This document shows, piece by piece, positions 36,723-50,013 of a stretch of 64,000 nt of DNA. This DNA is from Amphiscolops sp. MND2022 (lineage: Eukaryota). Location: assembly GCA_964187785.1 (NCBI GenBank), contig OZ076409.1, positions 6,636,001-6,700,000 of the forward strand, given 5' to 3'. How positions within the stretch are numbered: position 1 is the first letter of the stretch; each line of letters opens with the position of its first letter. The position numbers were made by a program, and so were the translations under genes. The notes below the pieces were generated by a model. That model was not told where the DNA came from, ran no database searches, and saw only the letters and a program-made list of their open reading frames with translations.

Positions 36723-39700
36723 ATGGGAAACAGGAGGAATCAAAGGTCCAGAAGGTTAAAGACCCCGTCCCCACAGAGAGAAACAAGTGAAATACGTGTT
36801 GAAACTCCAAGTCAAGGTAGTGAAACTTTAACTAATGTTATTTTGCAAAGTCAAGAAAATTCAGGTGAGGTTGATTTGAGACCCAGAATAACCGAACCCA
36901 GCCAAGTCAGGAATGAAATTCAAGCTTGGACCGAGATTATCGATTAGAAAAACAACGATAGGATTACCAAGATGAGAGAAGAAATGGAGAACAAACTAGA
37001 TGCAATTCTGTTGGAGATAAAAACCAGTAAAAGCACATCTATCACAATTAATCCTAGATCAGAGAAGAACGAAATTGGAAACATGCCACCATCGGGATCC
37101 GTGGGTAAAAAATTTATGGGAGTAAACGCATCGGATAATGAACGTTTAGTCTCTGAAAACGAAGATATCCCCCTCAAAGCCTCAGAAATGAGAGAATTAA
37201 GGCATCCCGCTAAACCTATACACCAGAATGATACAACATTAGACGCAGTTTTCTTTAACGAAGAATCCGATGAGGAGGATTATCACATGGTGAGAGGAGC
37301 CAACAAACCACTCCATAGACAAAGCTCTCAAAACACCCAGCTTCTAAACGACACCTTAGGATCGCACACAGACCGCAACACTTCCACATCCACGACAAAA
37401 CCACTTGACCCGGTCAACCAAATTGCCCAAGCCATAGATGAACTAGCAAACAGAAACTGAAAAATTTGAATACTTTGAAGACCTATTCCACACAACCTTC
37501 AAAATGCAACCAAACCTCACAGAAGAAATGAAGATTAACCACTTTCACGCACATCTCAGAGGATTGGCGCTAAAAACCAGAGGATAGAAGAAATACCAAT
37601 GCCGTTACTGCAAAGATGCCAGCCACATGATGACTGACTGCCCTAAACTAGCTAAACGGCGAAAACTAGAAGAAGACCCGGATGCATCTAAATGTCCCAA
37701 TTGGAAAACCCCGGGCCATGACGAAAAAGACTGCTATTTTGGTTCCAATATGGATAATAGACCACCAAAATGGAACCTAACTGAAGCACAAAAGAAAGTT
37801 ATCGAAGAATACAAGCGAGCTAAAAGCCAATCAGATCAAGAATAGAACGAAACCAACAATCCTCGTCGAAGGATTTGAACTAGAAACGCCACGCCTTTAC
37901 ACAAAATCACCACAAAAACCAAACTCAGCCGATGACTGGCAGCATCATCTGAGCATAAAACCCACAAAATCACCAGCTTTTGACACTGACTCAACAACAC
38001 AAAAGTCTCAACAATCAACACTGAAAACTTCACCCGAAGAACTATACGAACTTTTTCAAGATGCACCAGAAAATTACTTCACAAAACAACCAACCCACCC
38101 AACAAACCACTCAAACTCAGATAGTCACCACAAAACTCTCATTAAAAACACATACAATTCGACAAAGAACGAAATTTGTCCTATCTTCCAATTTCAACCT
38201 CTTTGACATTGAAGCGAAAACGCCACATGTACTACATTCCAATGGACTTCGAAAAACTCACACTTGATGATCTTATAGATACCGGAGCCCTTACAATTGC
38301 AATCTCCGAACAAGATCTCAATAAAATTAAAATGCCAGCAAATGAAGCAGTAAAAGAAACTGGTCCTCCACCAAAATTTCAAATTATGGTGGCCAATGGA
38401 CAACTAGAAATCCCAATTGGTACAGTTCTACACGAATTTGAAGTGGCCGACTTCATGTTGAAGGAAAATTTCGTCATCATGAAAAACCTACCAAACCCGT
38501 TAATCGGATTGTGCATCCTTCGCAGGAATAACGCAATTTTTGATGTCAACCAAGGCATCCTAACATTCCCCTATATTTCAATGCAGCTCAAACATGACAC
38601 CCAAACATCAATACAACAAGCAATACCATTGTTTGCTGAAAACACATATACCTTACAACCAGACGAAACTCTCACCATTGCAAGCAGAATTCCCCATCTG
38701 ATGGATCATGATGCAACTGGAATAGTACCCCATCACAACAATTTGAAAACAACGATAGCATTTTCATCACTGCACCACTCAGTACTGTCAACAACATTGC
38801 TATCGGATACCAAATCATTAATTTTTCTGAACTACCATATACAGTAAGCCTTTATACCCGTTTAGCGGAGTTCGAGATACTGACACCAGAGCAAATCAAA
38901 CATATACAGCAGCCAGTAGATCCAGCGTTACTGTCCTTCATGATACAACATGCGGAAACACCGGAAGTCTTTATAAATGAACTCCTCAAAGTCCCAAAAC
39001 CCAACTCAGAACAGGATACATACTGGTTCCCTACCCCTGAAGAACCAGGCGATCCAGCAATATACACTCCAATTCAGCAACGTATGTACAATGAATTCCT
39101 CGAACTCAAAGAACTCGAGAAGCTAAACCCACATGATAATGAAGCTTCCAGAAAAGAATTTCAAAGTTCGACTGGACAGACACAACACTCAGCCCAGACG
39201 AACAGAAAGGAATTGAAGAAATTCTTATTGAATTTCAGTATATTTTTGCCAGACACCGGTTTGACATTGGCAAAAATTGTGAATTCAAAGTCAAACTAAT
39301 GCCAAACGATGACAGACCTGCCTACAGCCAAAGTATGCCAACTCCTGTTAACCTCAAAGATGATATCACAGTAGAACTTGCACTTCTGCACAAGTGTGGT
39401 ATCATTACAACTCTACCTTTTTCTAAATACGCCAGCCGAGTTGTTGCACAACGCAAACCCAACGGGCGCCTCAGACTCCTGGTTGACCTACGAAAAATCA
39501 ACAACCTCATCACCGAAGATTATGTCAACAACAACCACCAGGTAAGCACTTTGTCGGATGCCGCACAACACATGCAGGAAAAAAGCTTTTCTGCAAATTG
39601 GACTGCTCCCAGGCTCACCACTGCCTTCAGATGGTTGAACACCAATCCATCCAAATGCTCGCTTTCAATTCAGCAAGTAGAACATTTCCTTATCGTCGCC

Positions 39701-42268
39701 TTGCCCAGGGTCTCAGCCGATCACTTTCTGCATTTTATGAGAAAATACCTGGACAGAGCAATTAAAGCGGACCAATTTGCACAGTATGTCGATGACATTG
39801 GCATTGCAGCAAATGACACAAAACAACTGTGTACAATTATCAAAACTGTTTTTGAATGCATACGCAATGCAGGACTAAAACTCTCCAAGTCAAAATGCCA
39901 CTTCGGAGTCAAACAAGTCAACTTTCTGGGACGCACAATCACACCAGACGGAGTAGCCCCTCAAGTCGACAAAGTGAAAGATTTCCTCTCAAAATTTGGA
40001 TTTCCCAAATCAAAAAAGGCGTTACAGAGGTATGTCGGATTTTTAAACTATTAACGAAACTACATGCCACGCTTTTCGGAATGGCTCTCTCCATTCTTCA
40101 AACTCCTCAAAGAAACTTCCAAATTCTACGTACCAACAAATTTGGTAGAAGACTTCATAAACCTCAACAAAGTATTAGAAAATTCTTGCCAGTTAGCATT
40201 AAAACAACCACTGAAAAACAAGCAATTCATAGTCATGTCCGATGCAAGTTTCACAGCAGCAGGATGTGCTATCATGATCGAAGACGACCCAAACCAGAAG
40301 CTCCAATCCAAACGCAATACATATGCACCCATAGCTTTTGGTTCAAAAACTTTCAATCCAACACAGACAAAAATGGCAATTTATTCGAAGGAATTTCTCT
40401 CCATATACTTTGCATTTGTCGAATTTGGACACCTCATGTGGGGTAGTACCTTCCCAGTAATCGTGTTCACAGACAATCGTACAGTAACCCAATCTTTCAA
40501 AACAAAAATGACCCCTCCAGCACTTTGGAATGCCTGCGATTATGTCTTGCAATACAATTTCGTGATCGCCCATGTAGCTGGAACAATGAACACCGCTGCC
40601 GACTTTTTATCCAGAACGGAAGTGGATCCAACTGAAAAACTGGAAATGACTATCCGCAATGATATTTACACGGAAGCAATTGAAGATAATTTTGAATCAT
40701 CCGGCATCGTCGAAGAAGAACAAATCTATGTTCTCCCAGATGATGAAATCGATGAAAATCAGTTATGGGAAGAAAAACAAAATATTCGGAAGCAAGCACA
40801 AACCGAAACACACAATGATCCAGAGAACGTTGTTTCTGTACTACAACAACTTCACAAACCCACATCAGGACTGATCTCCCGCTCCTCAGTCTACTTTAAA
40901 GACAATGCAAGAATCCGCCTTGAGCAGAATAACGACATAGTCCTTAGAAACCTGAGAGCAAAAATAGAAGGAAACCCTTCTGATGAAAATGAACTGGCAT
41001 CAGACTACAGATACCAGCACTACTTACAAAACATCACGCGAACAGAGATAAAACAGGAAGTCCTCACACGTAAATACTACACCGACACTGGAACCATATC
41101 TCACTACCAAATCCTTCTACCAATCCAACTTCTAGATGAATTCCTTCAAGACTTACATGGTCAAAATTCAAACAACCCAAGAATCATAAAAATGATTCAA
41201 GAAGCCCTACAAAAATATTACTACCCATGTATGGCAAAATACATCAAAAAATTGGTTAGAAATTGCCAAATCTGCATCCAAACAAAACGCATAAACAATG
41301 ATCTCCTAAGGACAGAACTCCTTAATTGTCCGGAATGGGATCTTTGACCGGAAGACATTTTGCAAATGGATATTTTACCAAACCTCCCCCTAGTGGAGGC
41401 TATGACCATATCATCACAGCAAAAGATGTCTTCTCAAAATACTTGTTTGCCTACCCTGTAACTCGCATTACTGCCACAGAAGTATCAAGAGTCATGATGG
41501 ACATCCTATGCAAACACAAATACCTTCCAACAACGATAATCACAGATATAGGCACTCAATTCAATGCACAAGCAACTCATGAAGTTGCAGCAGTACTTGG
41601 AATTGAGTTGAAACACGCCGCGATGAAACATGCCCAAACAATAGGACTCCTTGAGAAACCCAGCGAAAGCAGCTTGAAACGACGGATTACTGCTACATTA
41701 TTAACTCACACACACGACAAAAAGACCCTTTCGAGAAATCAGATGGTGCGGACCATATAAAGTAGAAAAAGTACTCCCTAACAATAATTACATTGTCCGG
41801 AATCTTGGGACTAACAAAATGCAACTACTACACAGGATTCGTTTGCAGAAATTCTCCCCGCAAGCTCCATTAGCGGACATTTGTGTTCGTGAAACTGATT
41901 GGCAAACCCCTTTGACAATGGTCCTTCAGAATATTCACAAGATACCGAAGACACAGAATACATCCCAATTCAAACACCCAAAGAAAACCGCCCACCCTCC
42001 CCTGGCCCTTCAAAAAATAGTGGGGGAGCCCAATGGAATAGACCATGAAAACCATGAAAATGAAATACCACAGCAAATCATTGAACACAATCAAAGTACC
42101 CAAAAAATTCAAAAAGAATCAAATAATTCACTTGATGATGATATCCAAAAAACCCCAGAATACTCCCAAAATACCCCTGTGCAAAAAGAACCCAAAATTA
42201 CTCGTGGTGATAAATACAACTTACGTCCTAACCCCAACCCAAATTACTCTGACACATATAGATATTAA
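36723..42268 (+). pseudogene. Frameshifted gag-pol of the second Gypsy element
   Basis: Knuckle CRYCKDASHMMTDC (37600), protease LIDTGA, RT LVDLRKIN and YVDD, RNase H MSDAS, integrase H..CQIC and TDIGTQF, all broken by stops, frameshifts and deletions. Confidence 0.93.
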
Positions 42269-42503
42269 AAACAACTTTCAGACAAAACTAATCTCTCATC
42301 TTTTCCTTACTGGTTTCATATTCCAAGTATTTTGTTGCTGCGATTACCAATAAGTACAAAGATAAATAAAACGCATGAGAAAAGAGACCACTTATGAACA
42401 AACAATTGAAAAACATAAAGTTTGGAGATTGGTTTGAGATCAAGCCTTCTTTTGCTTGCCACCTTTTTTTTTCACTCTGCTTGTCATCTTTTACTCCGCC
42501 GAC

Positions 42504-45500
42504 TCAACGTGGGAATGACAATGTTGCTTTACCAGTTAAAGCTTTTAGTGCCGGAAAACTAGTGTTACTAGACGAACGACTACCTGATTGAGCATCAGAA
42601 TCAATAGCAAGCTGCACTTCTTCTCTTCTGGCAACCACACCTTTATTTGAACTCTCGAACTTTGCCTGTATTTTAGCCCTTCTGGGTCCACTGCCTTTAA
42701 AGAAGTTCCACATCGAAAATTTTTGATCATTTAGCAGATCCTTGCCTTTTCCCAGTAACCGAAAGTCGCAACTAATTGACCGAGGATCACGAAACAGGTT
42801 GGACACATTGGGCACTGTCGCGTACGACACCTGAATGCTGGTTACGCAGGACTGAAACATTTCCTCACCAGGACCGAGTTGAGGAATGGGTACCACAAAA
42901 CGAACAGGAATTTTCGCCATTAGTGGGAGGCAGACGCAAGCGTATTTGAACACCTGATGTAGTTCTTTTCGACAGTGTAATTCGTAGTGGCCAGAAAGGA
43001 ATGTAATCCAATCGACTGTCCGATCAACTTGAGAAGAACGAAACTTGGTTACCAGTGCCCTGTACTGGCTGACTGCCTTTGTTTTGTCACTTGCAGTTAT
43101 GCTTCCGTGTGATGCAAAGTAACTTGTTAGTTGCTCTACTGCAGGCACGTAACGGTCCTCTCCCCCATCGAGAATCATGGCGGAGTCGAAGCAGGACAGT
43201 CCTCGGATGAGATCTGATTAGACAATCTTGTGCTGTAACAAAATGCGGCAGAAAGCTTTATAAAAAGCAATGGATTGATCAATGAACTTGCTCGGTCTCG
43301 GCAATTTACTTGATACAGCAAGTTCATGGAAGTCAGAATTCAAGACAAAATCGTCACCACTTTTGAATGGGAGATCCGCCTGAGTAAGATCCAAATTCAA
43401 GTAACTTTCACAGTCCGAGATACTGCCAAGAAAGCTGTCTGGAAGGATGTTTTGGAGCTGACTATGAACAAATACGGAAAATTGGTTGAATAACCGGAAC
43501 CCAGCTCCAAAACTTGTGTCAGATTCAGAAAAGGATGAAGTATCTGAAACAAAAGGAAAACGGTTTTACATTATCATACAGGGAGTGTATGATGTTTATA
43601 GAAGCTAGACTATGACTATACGGCTGTATGTGAGAATAAGAACACCGCATATGCTGCATCATGCTGAAAGCATGAGAAAGGCAGCTGAACTGAACAGTGA
43701 CTATGCGGTAGTGTGCGGAAACAAGCATTACGCATTTGCGGCAATACGCGGAAATTGGAGTGACATATATACGGATCCTACGGTAATGCCAGTTTTACTC
43801 CTAAAAGAGCTAGAAAGTACAGAAGGAGAGAATGTGTGCTTATGGAAAAATGAGTTGTGAAGAAAAATGAAGAAATTCAAACAAACGGAATCTTGGAAAC
43901 GAAATTTTCTACACTAAAGAACGATCTCTTAAGAAAACAAACGGATACTAACAGTGATCCAGTACACATCGGATGACGAACAACCTGGCAAGGTACGCAG
44001 TATCTAGTCTGAAGCACTCATCTAGAGTACTGGGCTAAACCAATCCATGTCGATGAATGTATGAACTTGCAAAATAGAAGAAATGAAATTTGAGACGAGT
44101 CATTACCTCTCTCTCATGGAACCGGAAAGCTGATAGACGAAAAATCCGGTTTAGGTGTTCTAACACCTTATGCCAATTGGTAGAGAGTAGCGCAATAATT
44201 GTTGATGCCTCTTCCAGATTGTAAGATAAGTGCAACACACACTGCAAAATAAAAAGAACTGAGTATGTTGATGAAACAAAATACTTGTTTGGATACAAAA
44301 TGAGGAAAATACTACTATACCTTGTGGAGGACTGGAATCGCTTGCAACCAGTCTTGGTCAAGAGCTGACCTCAACTTCAATAATAGGAAGTCCAAAATCG
44401 TCCTGAAATCGTGTCTTTCGACAGTGCGGAAAAAGGACATTGCAAGACATTTTTCCAGCTCCATGGGACCAAATCCAGAAACTACCATGGATCGCTTTCT
44501 CCCAGGAAGTGAGGCAATTATAGTAGCCCCAAGTCGCTCATCGAAATTGATCAGGCTAAGGCAGCTAGGTGGAGACTCAAACAAGCTTAGATAGGATGAA
44601 GTCAATGTGAGAATCTTTTTGGGTAGAAGAACTCCACGTGGTCCCGATCCCAAACAGAATTGATAATAAATGTTTCCTGACCAGACGTTCAAGTAAAAGT
44701 AATTGGCAGTAGAAGAGCTTTGATACGACAGTGAGCAGATTCCAGTGATGCCAGTTGTAACCACCTTGAAAGAAAACTTTTTAAAAACAAGTTAGAAAGA
44801 ACGATGAAGCATTGGACGAAAATTGGCACTAACATAGAGTCGGTGTTTGCCACAGTTGTAAGTGGAAGTTTGGGCACTGTTTCCGGGTGTCAATCGTGAC
44901 ATGTCTTCCCAAATGCCGAGTAGAAGATCGATATGCCCGCCATGTCAGAGTCCATGTTCTAGTATGCAAATCTGGGATAAACCACTTTCACTCGGGCTCG
45001 TTGTCGAATTGAAGTCGGGCAGTCTTTCTTGACATACGAGTAGGCGACATTATCCAATTGGGGAGCAATGGGATGTGACTCCCTAGCCCTTCTCTTAGCT
45101 TCTTGCAATCCCACACCATGCCATTCATTTTTGGTCATACAATGGCAATCCGGGTGTCTCGAGGCGTATCCGATGCTCTTATAGCAGATGAGTCTCAGTT
45201 CGAAAATGCCACAATAATTCAAGTACTCCTCCCTCTGCTCATTAGTTACAGTTCAATCTTACACACACGACACCACCATTTATAAGCATTCTTACTCTTA
45301 TCGATTGGTCCTGTCCAAGTTTTGCACCACAGGATGTTTCTTGAGCATGGCCGTTGTTAATGAATACTTTGGCCTTCGCCTCTTGCCCCGTAAGACTGGT
45401 CTATTATCAGAACTTGAAATGGGCCGTGTGTCCCCTGAAGGAAATTCAGCAGAACCCCCTTGTTCGCCATCTCGTCCATCTAGTTCAACTGGATTTGTCG

Positions 45501-45965
45501 ACTTGTCAACTACAGTCAGAATAATATCGTCAGTTCTGTTTTTATTATCTTGTTGCATTGCTGTGCGGGGAATGTTGTCGAGTACATGTGTCAAGGCAAT
45601 TGCTTCTTGCCGAGTGATGGCCACTTGCTGGACCATCTCCCCATCCGTTTCTCCTCCAAGGCAACTCAAGGAATCAGTGAATAGGTCCGCTTCCAGATCA
45701 TGACTCTCAGCGTGTTCGGTAGACTCTCCTGTTCCCCCAACTTCGGGTTCTGCACCTTTTACATCAGACGTGAGAGAGATATCAACTTCCACAATTTTGG
45801 GTCTCGCAGCAGGGACGGCAGTTCCTCGGGGGTGCGCAGAAACTCAGTAAAACGTGGGGAAGTGGTAGTGTTTGTAGTTGTTTCTCGCTCCCTGTTTACT
45901 GCAAGGGGAGTTTAAGGTGATGGCGAATTGTTGGCACTCATTTCCGGAGTCTCATGGTCAGACAT
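42504..45965 (-). pseudogene. Spliced antisense gene inside the Gypsy element; C2H2/BED-like zinc finger and hAT-transposase-like C-terminal region
   Basis: Chain of minus-strand ORFs. An in-frame 79-nt intron at 44242-44320 gives LHK|CVLHL. A second acceptor lies at 43544. Degenerate finger WW(C)RVCK..ELLWHFRTETH at about 45180-45290. Confidence 0.6.
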
Positions 45966-48265
45966 TACTATTTCTTCACTGGGTATCCTCTTCCGTATCA
46001 ACGGAATCAGGGAGAAGAAGTGGTCCAAAACTGGGGAAATTTAGCTAAATTGGCCAGAGAAATAGGTTCAATCACGTCATTATTCTCTGCAGCTGGTGTC
46101 TGTTGGAGAATATCAGGGGTAGATTAACTGAACTGAGTCGGTTCAGCAACTTGAAGAGGCGTATAAATTTTTGTCGGAGATCGAGAAGGAGATTTCTGAG
46201 TAGCTCCTAGTTCAACTAAAACAAACAACTAACTGCTAAAAACGGAAGCTGAAGCAGAAAAATCACAGGAAGTAGTTTGGACTGAATCTGAACCGGACGC
46301 GGTGAAAGAAATGAAACATTCTACTTCTGCTCTAAATCAACTCAAAACGAATAAGTTTTGAGAAAAATCGAAAAGACAGCCATCACAGAATGGTTACTTT
46401 TGAGTGCGAGCCTGGCCAGCTTTGCATGATAAATCCTCCGAACAAACAAACCCTATTATAAATCAAAACGAAAAACAGATTTTGAACTAACCTGGTGAAG
46501 TCTCAGTAGGAGATTTGTATCCCCATGCAGCAGTTTGTCGCCTCGTAATTTGGTCTTTGCGTGATTTTCTTCGGCTACCTGACTCCATTTACAGGATAAG
46601 GATGATGAAGTCGGACAACAAAAATTCAATTGTTGGCAATGCAATAAGGAAGTATGGAAGTCCAGGAGGAGCAAGAGATGATGAGAAAAGACTTTGACTT
46701 TGATACTGAATACTCAAAAAATACAGAAAGACTGAAGAAAATTAGATTACAAGAAATACTCAAAAACGTAAGCATGAAAGGCGTGGCGTACAAGTACAGG
46801 CAAAAGAGCAAAATCTGACAGACATAGTACACGAATATAGAGTGGTGCTCAAATCTGATTGGACGTTTAAACGTCAATCACTTCTGCCAGAATGAAAGAT
46901 TACAAAATTGACAAAAACAAGTGACTCATTACTCATTCTCATTACAAGCAAGAGTGAATGGAGAGAGTATGCGACTTCTAGACAATATTACAAGTATACA
47001 ATATACGGCATTATGCGGAATCATGGAGTTCAGGTATAGCACTATGCGGCATCGTGCGGGATTACGAGTGCCGAGTATACGGCATCATGCGGAATTACTG
47101 GTGCCGAGTATGTGGCATCATGCGGAATTACAGATGCAGAGTATGCGGTACTATGCGGAATCACACAGAGCTGAGGACAGCGAAAAAAAATTAAGTCAAT
47201 GAAGAAATGACGTAATAGAATTCATTCTTGCCAGCTCGAAGTCATATAATACTACGTGGCGAGATGTGCAATACATGTGATTGAGACAAACTTGTTTCAG
47301 CAAAATGGTGAACTGTTAGACAACCATCATCAGTGGACGTATGAAAATATATCTTTGTGCTTGTTAATAGAACCCTAATTTACCAGAAAACATGATCACC
47401 TGATGTTCAATGATAAAAATACTTTGATCCCCTTTACGGAATTACTGTATGGGACAAATCATTGTTTACATGTCTTTAACGCACTTTTCAAGTGCAGGAC
47501 TGATGATGTCATGAACGCACCGGTTGGATAAACTTATGTTTGGATATTTAGTTTGCAAGTGTTAAACCTTTCTTCAACAAAATTTCAGTATGTTCTTTTA
47601 ACCTAGTCATGTAATATTGGATAAATCAACCCTGTTCAAATCGTCATGACTGAAAGTTATATTGTAAACCTAGTTCACCTTCCTAACTGGGAAGAAAATT
47701 GTTGATAAATCATTTGAAATATCGATTCAATGAAGTGGAGAGCAACAAGAGGGGTGATGTTACAAGATGAAACCGAGAGAAACACTGGAAATTGAATTGT
47801 TTACACCTCGTTGACGGAAGCAGATCAATCTCATCTCTTTGAAATACTTGACTGTATTGCCTTAAACTCTATATAAGGATGGGAGATGAGGTAAAAATCA
47901 TGACTCCTAATTTTTTCCGCGGGAATCATCGCAGTCAACTGGAGCAGATAAGACGACAACCATAAGGTCTCACAACAAATTCAGAAGAAGTAACTCATCT
48001 GAAGCAAATCTCAATCTGAATCGAAAAAACTCCAAACGAGTAAAACTCAATAATTCCATTCTGTTGAAACTATTTAACCATACAAAAGCCATGAATAACC
48101 TACAATTCAAACTTGATGAAGAATTAATGTTATCCTCTTTGTCCCCAGCCTTAATTGACGTCTCAAGTGACTCGAGTGATGAATTCATTGTTCATCCTGG
48201 AGATTTATCAGAGATAGAGGATCGATTCAGACCCGGTAGGAGCAATCCATAGCTCCTCGTAAAAG

Positions 48266-49006
48266 TGATGCAGTGATTATTAGTTGAATTGATTGTTGAG
48301 ATGTCAAAAATGAAATTGCAAGCGATACATACTATACACATTAAAGTGTGCAGCTCACAACAAGTGCCAGAAAAATTACAATCCAGTTCACTGTTTGGTA
48401 GGTTTCTGTCATGTCTGCTATCCAATTCGACCTGAACTTTTTTGTCGGCTGTCTGTCAGCTGGTCGACTTTCAGCCATCTAAACCTGACATCCCCGCTTG
48501 GCTAAAAGTCCTTTCGTATGTTGCATCGTCTTGAATCTGCCCAATCCTTTTGTGAATAAGTCCGCGATGTTGTCAGCCGATGAGACAAACTTCAAGTGAA
48601 GTCTGGGCTCGCAGCACTTGACTTTGTCCTCTGAGAAATGCTAGGCGGGTGGCAAAGTGTTTCGTCTTGTAGCTACCATCGTCCTTCGAGATCAGTGCCA
48701 AACACGATTAGAAGCAATCCAGAGCTCCGTTCAAATATGATGCAGTGGATAATAGTTGAAGTGATTGTTAGGACGTCATAAATGAAGTTGCAAGCGTTAT
48801 CTATATAACGCTTGAAACTTCTTTCATGACATCCCAACAATCAATTTAATATATACACTAATGTTTACAGTTCACAAGAGGTTCCAGAAAAGTACAATTC
48901 AGATCACTGCCTGACAGGTACTTGTCAAGTTTGCTATCCATTCCGACCTCAATCTTTTCGTCGGCTGTCGGTCAGCTGGTCGACTTTCAGCCATCTAAAC
49001 CTGACA
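48266..49006 (-). mobile_element. Internally deleted Ty1/Copia element (LTRs 48738-49006 and 48266-48490)
   Basis: Two diverged direct repeats reading TGTCAGG...CATCA on the minus strand; PPT AAGCGGGGA next to 48490; RNase H end KTKHFATRLAFLR..LKFVSSADNIADLFTKGL. Confidence 0.8.
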
Positions 49007-50013
49007 TCTCCAAACACTGTATCACAATGTCCAAAATAACTGTCGACATGTTTTGAGGTTTTTGAAGTTTTGATGTTTTGAAGTTTTGAATGTTTTTTTG
49101 AGGTGTTGATGCTTTTAATTGTATAATCAAGCCTATTTGTAGCAAGAAATTTATCAACATGTTCTCGAATGGTCGTCATGTTCGTTATTTTTTGTTGGAG
49201 GAGCAGTAGAAAATTTTGTTTCTGTCATTGCATTCTGTTTTATGTAACCACTGGAAAAATTTTTTTTCAAAACCATCATGTTTAGCTTCTATCAAATCTG
49301 GTTGGAAAAAGCCATGTATGATGGTAGTTCTTTGTGATATAGTTTCGACTGACAGTCGAACTATTCATAGATGGAACATTTGTCTCGAAACAATTTTATT
49401 CCTTCTGGAACGAATCTAGAGTTGTGGCTCCGCAAGTTTATCCAACAGTTTAGTTTAAAGTAACCAAGTTTCAGAGAAACGAAACAATTGGTCTTTTCCT
49501 CACTCGAGGCTCAATGTTTATTTCCGTTATAGGAATAAAGCTTAAATGAGATTGAATGAGAAGAACGGACAGTATTTAGAACTGTTGAAAAGACAAACGG
49601 GTGACTTTGATGTTTATTCATCCGAGCCTTCCCCACAGATCAAGTGAAAACTTCTCCTTTTTATTCCAAAACGCCGTCTTAATTCTGGGTGGATAATACA
49701 ACTTATTTGGTGACTCCTGGTCAGATGATTTTGCATCAGATAAAACTGTTTTTTTTTAAATCACATAAAGCTGTCGATGCATTTTCAAAACACAATAGTA
49801 AAGATTTTAGCTTTTTTCGGCTAGTTTTGTTAGTGCATCACGTCGCGTTCGTTTCGTTTTCTCATATCAGGCTCACAGAAAAAACATTTGTCGATCAGGC
49901 TGAATGATATACACACTCAAATGCATCTATGCCTGTCTATCCACGTTTTTGGAGTGTTTTCCGCTGAATTGGTATCAGTAGTAACGTGTTCAGCAGCACA
50001 GATGGATTCAGAA

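Larger units (their letters stand above)
36170..47290 (+). mobile_element. Second, decayed Ty3/Gypsy LTR element (about 11 kb; 3' LTR not recognisable)
   Basis: Probable 5' LTR 36170-36489 (TG...CA) followed by PBS-like TGGCAACCC; gag/pol remnants; antisense ORFs; ATGCGG repeats at 47010-47160; PPT-like GTGGCGAGA-TG at 47256. Confidence 0.75.

Noticed and set aside
47264..47600. 3' LTR of the second Gypsy element
   Set aside because: Only a faint resemblance to 36170 over about 25 bp, and no extended match to 36170-36489.
47300..48250. Possible coding remnant
   Set aside because: Short ORFs occur on both strands with no motif I can recognise.
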